64,000 nucleotides of DNA from Synechococcales cyanobacterium S06 (GTDB taxonomy: Bacteria > Cyanobacteriota > Cyanobacteriia > Cyanobacteriales > JAABRE01), in the NCBI GenBank assembly GCA_011391125.1, contig JAABRE010000004.1:26921-90920 (forward strand), read 5' to 3'. Of this stretch, positions 36,506-44,352 are shown piece after piece. Made by a program: the position numbers and the translations under genes. The notes under the pieces were generated by a model. That model was not told the DNA's origin, searched no databases, and worked only from the letters and a program-made list of their open reading frames with translations. Every line of letters starts with the position of its first letter. Position 1 is the stretch's first letter.

Positions 36506-38110
36506 TTACTGCAATGAATCAAACTGAAAATTTGAGCCCGGAGGTCCATTTTTTCCTTCAACTGCTTGCACTAATGGTACTTCATTGAAAATATTAAAAC
36601 TGGTGGTATTTCCACTAATCATCATACCCTGATTTAACAAAGTAGAAACACCATTTCTAGTGGGATTTTGACTAACTGCATCTGTTAATGCTTTAGTGGC
36701 ATCAAATGCTGTAGCAGTACGCCAACTAACCCTTCCTTTCCAGCTTGTAACGGCATCTTTGGCGAAGGGATCATTGGGTTTAAAACTCCATGGTACAGCC
36801 AATGTAATCCCTTTAATACTATTACCTCCCTGCACTAATAAATCAGGATTGTATAATTCATCGCCACCGATAATTGTCGCTTTATTACTGTTAGCTTGGG
36901 CAATTTTTATCGCCTCAGAAACTTTATTTTTACTCAAAGCTAACATAATCGTATTAGCTCCTGTCGCGCTATTTAATTCGGTAATTGGGTCACTATTACT
37001 AACATCAATTTCCTTAATTAATTTGCCATTAACAGTGGGAATTGCTGCCACTAATTCCTGTTTTAATTGCATACTATAGGGACTATCAGAATTATAAAAT
37101 ACTACCACTGCTGGACTCGCATTTTGTTTTTGTGCATAACCCAATAAAGTTTTACTTACTCCCTGTAAATAATTCCCTAATAACTCATTTTGTTTTTGAT
37201 CAATGGGAATTGTTTGTAATTTTCCATCGCTAGTAATACTGGTAGTTAAGGGTGATAAAGCGACTAAATCAGTACCCTTATATGTTCTTAAAGCTTGCTG
37301 ACTTCCGGGATCAATACCATAACCTACTACTCCTAAAATAGCCGGTGAATTTATTAAATCCTGCGCTATGGAAGCCGCTTTTAAGACATCACTATTATTC
37401 GCAATTACTACTTCTAAAAGTTGCCCCGAAGCCGAAGGAACTTTATTAAATTCCTCTTGTTGACTCGCCACGCCTCGCAAAATTTCCTTCGCAGAATCGG
37501 GATTATTACTAATAGGAGCAACCACGGCAATTGTTAACGGATTACCCGCTTTTCTTGCTTTTGCATTATTAAGATAAATCTTACTTTCGGGATCATTGGG
37601 GTCATTAGCAACGGCTTGTTGATAGGAGGCGATCGCACCATCCCAATTTTCTTGACTAAAAGCACTAGCTGCCGTCTGTTTAGTGGAATTTGCGTCTAAC
37701 AAAATCTTTTCACCCTGACTGATTAATTGTGCATTACTAGCCTGATTACTCAAGAAAACCCCCACATTGCCAGAATTACTATTGACAGGGGGATTGGTGG
37801 TATTAGTCGTATTCGGGGAATTGCTGGCGGTTGGTTCTTCACCGGGTTTGGACAGCATTCTTACCCCTGTAAAAATCAAGCCACCTAAAACCAAAATTGC
37901 TGCGGCAATCACGCCAATTTTGACTAATTGGGAATTATCCGCCGCAGAAGTCGAAGATGTCGGCTTACCTTTTTCCATAGCTTCTTTGGGCAAGCCACAA
38001 ACAGCACAATCTGAGCCAAAATTTTCGTAGGGTTCATGGGCACCGGTACAATTAGGGTAGTCTTTTCCGTCTTTGGGGTTTCCGTCACATAGCCAAGATT
38101 GTAAAGCCAT
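36506..38110 (-). CDS. Membrane-anchored protein with a Cys-rich zinc-ribbon-like N-terminus, one TM segment, a TPR-like segment and a periplasmic binding protein (type 1, Leu/Ile/Val-binding-like) domain
   Basis: N-terminal CDGNPKDGKDYPNC...CAVCG, TM segment VIAAAILVLGGLIF, YQQAVANDPNDPESKIYLNNA, then a long PBP-like region (TIAVVAPIS...). Confidence 0.55.
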   Translation of the reverse strand: MALQSWLCDGNPKDGKDYPNCTGAHEPYENFGSDCAVCGLPKEAMEKGKPTSSTSAADNSQLVKIGVIAAAILVLGGLIFTGVRMLSKPGEEPTASNSPNTTNTTNPPVNSNSGNVGVFLSNQASNAQLISQGEKILLDANSTKQTAASAFSQENWDGAIASYQQAVANDPNDPESKIYLNNAKARKAGNPLTIAVVAPISNNPDSAKEILRGVASQQEEFNKVPSASGQLLEVVIANNSDVLKAASIAQDLINSPAILGVVGYGIDPGSQQALRTYKGTDLVALSPLTTSITSDGKLQTIPIDQKQNELLGNYLQGVSKTLLGYAQKQNASPAVVVFYNSDSPYSMQLKQELVAAIPTVNGKLIKEIDVSNSDPITELNSATGANTIMLALSKNKVSEAIKIAQANSNKATIIGGDELYNPDLLVQGGNSIKGITLAVPWSFKPNDPFAKDAVTSWKGRVSWRTATAFDATKALTDAVSQNPTRNGVSTLLNQGMMISGNTTSFNIFNEVPLVQAVEGKNGPPGSNFQFDSLQ

Positions 38111-38181
38111 AATTTTTTCCTTTGGTATTCAATACACTTTTAAATAATATTCTGACATTGATTGTAAAATATGCAATCTAA

Positions 38182-38793
38182 CTACCTAAAATTTGCCAAA
38201 TTACTTATCAAATTTTCACTATTACTAAAATAATTAATGTTTAATCTATTAAATTCAGCTTTAACTTCTGAGGTGTTAAATTGTTGAGTATTAGCACTGA
38301 AAAATAACTTTTCTAAGTCCTGATTTTTGGCAGCATGATTAAGAATAGATTGCAAAATTAAATTATCCCTAATTTCCTTATCTTTTTTCAAAAGTGGATT
38401 AGTTAAAGTAGTTTTTATTTCACCAGATTGAGGAATAATCCAGTTAACTTTAGTTTCCAAAAGAGAAACGGTATCAATAAATTTAGATTGAAAATTATTA
38501 AAAAGTTCCCCATAAGCTAACCTAGATTTTTTAAGAAAAGCTACAGTATTTAAGGACATTGATAGATTAACTTTACGTTGAGCTTCATTTATTTCAATGC
38601 TTAAAGATTGCAAAAACTGTTTTTGTCTTTTTTTCTCGTTTTCTAAAGCTATCATGATTTCTAAATAACAAATACTAGGCATAAATAAAGCAACTTGCTC
38701 AGGAAAATTATTTAGTAAAAAATCACTCTGAGTATCTCTACCTGTAGCGATACCCAGAATAAAATTAGTTTCAGTGTATAAAATTACAGTCAT
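38182..38793 (-). CDS. Hypothetical protein, possibly a PIN-like nuclease fold with a coiled-coil insertion
   Basis: The N-terminal strand VILYTETNFILGIA resembles PIN beta1, with E in place of the usual D. Later acidic positions occur at CYLEIM and DNLILQSIL, and LFFSANTQQF is also present. Weak; by eye only. Confidence 0.3.
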   Translation of the reverse strand: MTVILYTETNFILGIATGRDTQSDFLLNNFPEQVALFMPSICYLEIMIALENEKKRQKQFLQSLSIEINEAQRKVNLSMSLNTVAFLKKSRLAYGELFNNFQSKFIDTVSLLETKVNWIIPQSGEIKTTLTNPLLKKDKEIRDNLILQSILNHAAKNQDLEKLFFSANTQQFNTSEVKAEFNRLNINYFSNSENLISNLANFR

Positions 38794-38795
38794 AA

Positions 38796-39251
38796 TTAAT
38801 AATTGATCTCCGTAGAACCATTCTTTAATCTCTCAAGTAATCCTGTATTTTTTAGCTCAAAAATAGCAGGAGGATTAGGCATTTTACTTTGATAAGCTAA
38901 GTCATTTAACCAAGCTTCTGTTAATGCTTTTAAATAAGTGGGTAAAATTAGTTTATCTCTAAATTTAGAATCATAAACTTCTAAAATATCGGGAGTTTTT
39001 AAAGTAATTAAGGGGGTTTGTTGATCCCAATGATAAAGCTCAATATTGTCCAAATTAACTAACATAAAATAAGGAAATTTTCCCTGAGTTTTCATTAAAC
39101 AATCGGCAATTTCTTCCCAAACTAAAGGATGAATTTGGCTAGAACGTACATCAACCAAGAGAATCGGATTTTCTTCTTGATCTTTAGCTATAATATCGGT
39201 ACGATATAACAGTGTGGTAATTTCTGGAGAAAGTAATTTTTCTAATTGCAT
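38796..39251 (-). CDS. Hypothetical small protein, possibly with a PD-(D/E)xK-like core
   Basis: 151 aa. TDIIAKD...ILLVDVRS loosely resembles a D...(D/E)xK/R nuclease core. Its stop lies 2 nt from the downstream gene's start. Confidence 0.25.
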   Translation of the reverse strand: MQLEKLLSPEITTLLYRTDIIAKDQEENPILLVDVRSSQIHPLVWEEIADCLMKTQGKFPYFMLVNLDNIELYHWDQQTPLITLKTPDILEVYDSKFRDKLILPTYLKALTEAWLNDLAYQSKMPNPPAIFELKNTGLLERLKNGSTEINY

Positions 39252-39326
39252 AATTTTTGCCCATTTATTTACTGAATTTAATTATAACATGGGTTTGTTG
39301 TTGCGTTTTAGGGTTAAAATTAATTG

Positions 39327-40070
39327 TTAATTGCTAATTGGCCAGCCCAATTTTGTTGGTTGTTGATAGATTTTTTTCAAAGTATTAATATCCCTTTCAG
39401 AAATAGGAGGAGTGTCTCTAACTTGAGAAAAATATAAGGCATCGTTGGGATTTTGGCTATGTCCCCAAATACCAAAAGCATGACCTAATTCATGGAGAAT
39501 TGCAGATAAAGTCGAGTCATCAGCTAAATTGGGACTAACTGTAATGGTCATTTTATGTAATAGCAATTGAGGCTGATCTTTACTAAGATAAAATGTATAT
39601 TTAGTCTCAGCAGTGGTAGCAGGAGGAAAGTCAAATAAACCCGTTTCAGAGTTAAATTTTGGTTTCAAAGGAGGAGCATTTCTTTTAATAAAAATATCAG
39701 CTAAATCCTCAGTTTCAACTTCAGTTATGGGTAAATATTGCGCCCATTCTGTAACACCTTTTCTCATGATTTCTAACCAGTGTAAAAAACGACGATTACT
39801 AGCAATAGAAACATCGGTTTCCGTAGGTTTTTCCAGATAAACTTTCAGGGGAAAATGAGTCCAAATTAAATAACCTACCGGAGAAGTTTTAATCTCAGAA
39901 AAATAATCTTCCTTGTCAATTGGGTTTAAACTTGCCAAAAATATGGGTAAAGGATGGGTTTTTAATTCCGGTAAAGAAGACTGAGAATTAACTATAGATA
40001 AATTACCAAAAACCAAGAATAAACAAGTAAAAATGGCTAAAATAAAATAACCTAAATTTTTCAATTTCAT
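39327..40070 (-). CDS. Secreted zinc metalloprotease (matrixin/M10-like)
   Basis: Signal-like N-terminus and the HELGHAFGIWGH zinc-binding motif. Confidence 0.75.
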   Translation of the reverse strand: MKLKNLGYFILAIFTCLFLVFGNLSIVNSQSSLPELKTHPLPIFLASLNPIDKEDYFSEIKTSPVGYLIWTHFPLKVYLEKPTETDVSIASNRRFLHWLEIMRKGVTEWAQYLPITEVETEDLADIFIKRNAPPLKPKFNSETGLFDFPPATTAETKYTFYLSKDQPQLLLHKMTITVSPNLADDSTLSAILHELGHAFGIWGHSQNPNDALYFSQVRDTPPISERDINTLKKIYQQPTKLGWPISN

Positions 40071-40108
40071 AAAAGAAAAGCCATTTCAGTTATCAATTAT
40101 CAGTTATC

Positions 40109-40210
40109 TATAGCAGTCCTAGGTTCGTTGTGTAGAGACTGGCACGGCAACGTCTCTACAGTAAGGGTTTGGTGAAAACAATTTTTTACAACTAATTTAG
40201 GATCGCTATA
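40109..40210. mobile_element. MITE-like element of about 102 bp with TATAGC(A/G)(G/A)TCCTA termini and an internal GTAGAGAC...GTCTCTAC hairpin
   Basis: The left end is TATAGCAGTCCTA. The reverse complement of the right end is TATAGCGATCCTA. The internal hairpin lies at 40132-40159. Confidence 0.65.
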
Positions 40211-40243
40211 GCAATAAGTTATCGCTGTCTAAATCTTAAATCT

Positions 40244-40292
40244 AACTGATAACTGTTAACTGATAACTGTTAACTGATAACTGATAACTGTT
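40244..40292. repeat. Heptanucleotide tandem repeat AACTGAT/AACTGTT x7, running into the secG stop codon
   Basis: Read directly. Confidence 0.9.
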
Positions 40293-40524
40293 AATTGCTA
40301 AGCCAACCAGCACTTAAAACGATGGTTAAACCGATAAAAATAATACTTAAAGTCCAAGTAATGCGGTTTAAAGTTTGTTCGGCACTTTTACTGCTAGTAA
40401 ACAATTGAGCTTGGCCACCAATACCGCCTAAACCGTCTCCTTTTGGACTATGAAGTAACACTAATATTACTAAAAAAAGAGCGGACAAAGCCCAAATAAT
40501 CTGCACAAATTGATCAATTTTCAT
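40291..40524 (-). CDS. secG: Preprotein translocase subunit SecG
   Basis: 77 aa, two TM segments, and LLHSPKGDGLGGIGG, the typical SecG loop. Confidence 0.85.
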   Translation of the reverse strand: MKIDQFVQIIWALSALFLVILVLLHSPKGDGLGGIGGQAQLFTSSKSAEQTLNRITWTLSIIFIGLTIVLSAGWLSN

Positions 40525-40557
40525 ACTTAAGTTAAAAATCCACTAATGGTTAACAAT

Positions 40558-42156
40558 TTACACGGTCAAACTAACAGGAGTTCGAGTTTGTTTTAGTTCC
40601 ACTTCTAAAGGTTGAATCAAAGATTTACCTTTCATCTCTTCCGGTTGAGGTAACTGCAAAATTTCGAGGATTGTTGGGGCAACATCCGCCAAACAGCCAT
40701 TTTCCCTTAATTTCACATCACCACCATGACCCGCAATTTTCCGTTGTTCTCCTTCCACCAGAATAAACGGAACGGGGTTCGTTGTATGTGCCGTCCAAGG
40801 GTTGCCTTCTTCATCTGCCATGTATTCCGCATTACCATGATCCGCTGTAATTAACACCGTACCACCTGCTTTACTAACCGAATCCAACAAACGGCCCAAA
40901 CATCGATCCACGGTTTCAATGGCCATGACCGCTGCTTCCATATTTCCTGTATGCCCAACCATGTCGGGATTAGCATAATTGATCACAATTAAGGAGTAAA
41001 TCTCCTTATTAATACCGCGACAAGCGACATCTGTCACCGCTTCCGCTGACATGGCCGGAGCGCGATCGTAAGTGGAAACCATGGGGCTTTGAATCATCTC
41101 CCGATCTTCCCCCGGGTAAGGTTGCTCTAAACCACCATTGAAAAAGTAAGTCACATGGGGATATTTTTCCGTTTCCGCAGTTCTAAGTTGCTTTAAACCA
41201 TGATTAGCGATAACTTCACCCAAAAGATTCGTTAAAACTTGAGGCTCAAAAGCAACCTGAGCGGGAATTGTCGGATCATATTGGGTGAAAGTTACCAAGT
41301 CTAAAGGTTCAATCTTGGTTCGCTCGAACCCATTAAAATTATCGCTCACAAGGGCATAACAAAGCTGCCTAGACCGGTCAGGACGAAAATTATAGAAAAT
41401 CACTCCATCGCCAGCTTCAATCGCACCTGGTGCAATTCTGATCGGGTTAATAAACTCATCAGTAATTTCTTCAGCATAACGGGCTTGCAAAATTTCCCCA
41501 ACAGTACGGCCATCACCTGGACCATCTTGGGTCATCACGTCGTAGGCTAATTGCACCCTGTCCCAACGGCGATCGCGATCCATGGCAAAATAACGACCAC
41601 TAAGAGTTACAATTTTACCAACACCGATCGCCTCAATATAGCCTTGAATATGAGCTAGGGCATGAATCCCCTCATGGGGGTTAGTATCGCGACCATCCGT
41701 AATCGCGTGAATGCAGACCGACGACACCGACTGACTTTTAGCTAATTGCAATAAACCCTCTAAATGGCTTAAATGAGAATGTACCCCACCCTCAGAACAT
41801 AAACCAATTAAATGTAACTTTCCTCCACGGGAATTGACCTTTTGACAAATTTCCACTAGAGCCGGATTTTGCAAGATCGAACCGTCTTCCACTGCGTCGC
41901 TAATGCGCACTAACTCCTGTGGTACAATGCGACCAGCCCCTAAATTGAGATGGCCCACCTCAGAATTCCCCATTTGTCCATTGGGTAAGCCAACAGCTTT
42001 CCCCGAAGTATTAATTAAAGTATGGGGATAAACTGTCCATAAACTATCCATTACAGGTGTATTTGCGGTAGAAATAGCGTTAGCTTTGGTCGATTCCCGA
42101 TAACCCCAGCCATCTAGTATAACTAGGACTACTGGTGATATAGGTTCTTCTCTCAT
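40558..42156 (-). CDS. gpmI: 2,3-bisphosphoglycerate-independent phosphoglycerate mutase
   Basis: VLVILDGWG, GNSEVGHLNLGAGR and ADHGNAE signatures. 532 aa. Confidence 0.95.
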   Translation of the reverse strand: MREEPISPVVLVILDGWGYRESTKANAISTANTPVMDSLWTVYPHTLINTSGKAVGLPNGQMGNSEVGHLNLGAGRIVPQELVRISDAVEDGSILQNPALVEICQKVNSRGGKLHLIGLCSEGGVHSHLSHLEGLLQLAKSQSVSSVCIHAITDGRDTNPHEGIHALAHIQGYIEAIGVGKIVTLSGRYFAMDRDRRWDRVQLAYDVMTQDGPGDGRTVGEILQARYAEEITDEFINPIRIAPGAIEAGDGVIFYNFRPDRSRQLCYALVSDNFNGFERTKIEPLDLVTFTQYDPTIPAQVAFEPQVLTNLLGEVIANHGLKQLRTAETEKYPHVTYFFNGGLEQPYPGEDREMIQSPMVSTYDRAPAMSAEAVTDVACRGINKEIYSLIVINYANPDMVGHTGNMEAAVMAIETVDRCLGRLLDSVSKAGGTVLITADHGNAEYMADEEGNPWTAHTTNPVPFILVEGEQRKIAGHGGDVKLRENGCLADVAPTILEILQLPQPEEMKGKSLIQPLEVELKQTRTPVSLTV

Positions 42157-42249
42157 AAGTATTTTCCTATTAAGTTATTTTTGATGTCCATTGATGATAA
42201 CATTTATTGATATTTGATTATGATTGTCTGCATTTTTAAGATCTTTTTT

Positions 42250-42377
42250 TTACGCTTCGAGGACAAAGGCGCTAAGGGGTTGATCTGTTGGCTGTTTAGT
42301 TCTGGGTTTCTTTCTCACGCAAAGGCGCTAAGGCGCAAAGGGGTTGATCTGTGGGCTGTTTAGGCCTCGGTTTCTTT
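42250..42377. repeat. Tandem 64-bp duplication containing the CGC(A/T)...AAGGCGCTAAGG...GGGGTTGATCTGT repeat. The second copy includes the last codons and the stop of methyltransferase 3.
   Basis: GGGGTTGATCTGT occurs at 42276 and 42340, and GCTGTTTAG at 42291 and 42355. Related CACGCAAAG...GCGCAAAGG copies lie at 23183-23215, 31095-31140 and 34592-34632. Confidence 0.8.
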
Positions 42378-44312
42378 GATTTCTATTTTTTTTATGATTT
42401 TTACGGTTTCGACACTGACTGTTGTTACTCTCATTAATAAGTCGATCGCCTGTTCTTTGTAGTCAGCAAAATGATAGTTATTAAATTTTTCGGCGATCGT
42501 TTGATCCTTGGGTTTTTTCTCTTTATATTGGTCTAATATCCACTCAATTGCACTACGATTTCCTAATTGATATTCCCACGCAATATTCGGGACATTTTCT
42601 AAGGTTGTCACCTCATCAATTAATATTTGACCTTTGGTTTTATCTGCTTTTAATTTGGGTTTTATAACCCCCCAACCCCCCTTGGAAAGGGTGGCTTTTT
42701 GTTTCCCCCCTTGAAAGGGGGGGTTGGGGGGGGTAAGATCAATTCTCTTTAATTGATAAGGTGTAATACTCTCATAATTTAGGTGTAATTCCATTAATTG
42801 TTTACCCCATTTTACCCACTGATAAAAGTCTTCATAAAAGGGTATTCTTGGGAAATCTCGCTTTAAATTTAACTCATATTTTTCCCGATATTTAGGGTTA
42901 TGTAAAACTGCATAAATATAATGAAATATGTCGAGTTTAGTGATTTCCCTCTCCCCCAACTTTTCTCCATTGGCGAAATTAGCCCTCACCCCCAACCCCT
43001 CTCCCACAGGGTGAGGGGAGCTAGAATTGTCTGAAAGTCTTCTCCCCCCTCTCTCTGAGAGAGAGGGGGGGTGGGGGGGTGAGGGTTGATAATAATCCCT
43101 AAACTGCTGTAATCCCCAATCGGTAATATTTTCCTGTTTATTTCCCTCTTCATCATAAGTATATAAGGGTAAACATTGACTATCACCTGTAAAATGATAA
43201 TCCATAATTATATTTGATACCAAACAGTAAAAAGGTTGATTAACGCTTTTTTCGGCTAGACAAATAACAAGATTATCTTTTTGTAGATCTTTCCCAAATA
43301 TATCATAGTGATTAAATGTCAATCTATCAGATAAACTCTTGTCACTATAGTAATTTTTCTTAACAAAAGGTCGATAATAAAGATTAACAATTAAATTAGA
43401 ATCAAATTTTAATTGGTTAAAATTTGATAAATTTTTCTTTAAAGTTTCACTCCATTTAATTTCATAATTAACAAAGTTATTTATATTAGATAGATTATTT
43501 TGTTTAGATCTATCAATATCCTGGTTATAAATTTTAATAAAATATTTAATTTTTTCTACTAATTGCCATAAATCATAATCATAAACCCAATCATCTCGAT
43601 TTGATTTTACTGCACTTGTATAAAGTTTAAAAATTGCTTTTTGTTTATCTACTTTTTTCGCTAATTTTGTTTCCTTATTTGCTAAAGGTAATAAACTATC
43701 AAAATCATTATCTGCTGCTAAATTAATCCAATTATTATTTTGATCAGGTTGTATATGTTCAAAATGAATTTGCTCAAACTTATGACTTGCTAAAAATTGT
43801 AACTTTTCTTGACCACTATTTAAGTTTGTTAAAGAATTATAAAATATTTGACATTTTTCCCTCACCCCCAACCCCTCACCCTCTGGGAGAGGGGAGTCGG
43901 ATTTTTTCACAAAAAATAAAATAGCAACCCCTACCATAATATTAAAAACGTTTCCTGTGGTATCTCCTGCGCGAATATTTCCTCCTAAATCTATCACATA
44001 AATATAATCAAATTCATCCTGAACAACCTTCCTAAAACCGTCAAAAGTACGCGCATTTATAAAGGAATTATTTGTTATAAATGCGATAATTCCCTTATCA
44101 CTAATGCGATCACTTGCCCATCTTAAAAAACGAGCATACATATCATAAACTTTCGTTTTTTGAGCGGTACTTTCTTTGATATAAGTATCTTTAATTCGCT
44201 TATCTATGGCAGGATATTCCCTATTTTTGTTGTTATCATTTTCGTTTTGTTGGTTAGCATTGTAGGGAGGATTACCAATAATTACTGATATTTTACGGTC
44301 ATTTTGTCGCAC
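42360..44312 (-). CDS. Type IIG/ISP-like enzyme (methyltransferase 3), distal part with methyltransferase motif IV and the specificity domain. It is separated from the proximal part by a single in-frame TGA.
   Basis: Motif IV is VIIGNPPYNANQ. IYAVLHNPKYREKYELNLKRDFPRIPF and IAWEYQLGNRSAIEWILDQYK are also present. The apparent GTG start at 44312 is in the same frame as the upstream ORF. Confidence 0.8.
   Translation of the reverse strand: MRQNDRKISVIIGNPPYNANQQNENDNNKNREYPAIDKRIKDTYIKESTAQKTKVYDMYARFLRWASDRISDKGIIAFITNNSFINARTFDGFRKVVQDEFDYIYVIDLGGNIRAGDTTGNVFNIMVGVAILFFVKKSDSPLPEGEGLGVREKCQIFYNSLTNLNSGQEKLQFLASHKFEQIHFEHIQPDQNNNWINLAADNDFDSLLPLANKETKLAKKVDKQKAIFKLYTSAVKSNRDDWVYDYDLWQLVEKIKYFIKIYNQDIDRSKQNNLSNINNFVNYEIKWSETLKKNLSNFNQLKFDSNLIVNLYYRPFVKKNYYSDKSLSDRLTFNHYDIFGKDLQKDNLVICLAEKSVNQPFYCLVSNIIMDYHFTGDSQCLPLYTYDEEGNKQENITDWGLQQFRDYYQPSPPHPPSLSERGGRRLSDNSSSPHPVGEGLGVRANFANGEKLGEREITKLDIFHYIYAVLHNPKYREKYELNLKRDFPRIPFYEDFYQWVKWGKQLMELHLNYESITPYQLKRIDLTPPNPPFQGGKQKATLSKGGWGVIKPKLKADKTKGQILIDEVTTLENVPNIAWEYQLGNRSAIEWILDQYKEKKPKDQTIAEKFNNYHFADYKEQAIDLLMRVTTVSVETVKIIKKIEIKETEA
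42667..42736. repeat. Type C elements (CCCCCC-TTGAAA-GGGGGG type hairpins) in frame in methyltransferase 3
   Basis: AACCCCCCAACCCCCCTTGGAAAGGGTGG...CCCCCCTTGAAAGGGGGGGTTGGGGGGGG, translated as TPPNPPFQGGKQKATLSKGGWG. Confidence 0.85.
42982..43086. repeat. Type A plus type B elements in frame in methyltransferase 3
   Basis: GCCCTCACCCCCAACCCCTCTCCCACAGGGTGAGGGGAGC ... CCCCCCTCTCTCTGAGAGAGAGGGGGGGTGGGGGGGTGAGGG, translated as PSPPHPPSLSERGG...SSSPHPVGEGLGVRAN. Confidence 0.9.
43859..43901. repeat. Type A-variant element in frame in methyltransferase 3
   Basis: CCCTCACCCCCAACCCCTCACCCTCTGGGAGAGGGGAGTCGGA, translated as SDSPLPEGEGLGVRE. Confidence 0.85.
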
Positions 44313-44352
44313 CCCCCCTAACCCCCCCTTTCAAGGGGGGGAAGGGGGGGTC
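44310..44352. repeat. Type C element that supplies the in-frame TGA splitting methyltransferase 3
   Basis: CACCCCCCCTAACCCCCCCTTTCAAGGGGGGGAAGGGGGGGTC. On the minus strand the reading is ...ETPPSPP-TGA-KGGLGG-V(GTG)RQND. Confidence 0.9.

Noticed and set aside
44331-44333. In-frame TGA in methyltransferase 3 considered as selenocysteine or programmed read-through
   Set aside because: The codon lies inside a recently inserted repeat element, not at a conserved catalytic position. I saw no SECIS-like context beyond the element's own hairpin. Disruption by insertion is the simplest explanation.
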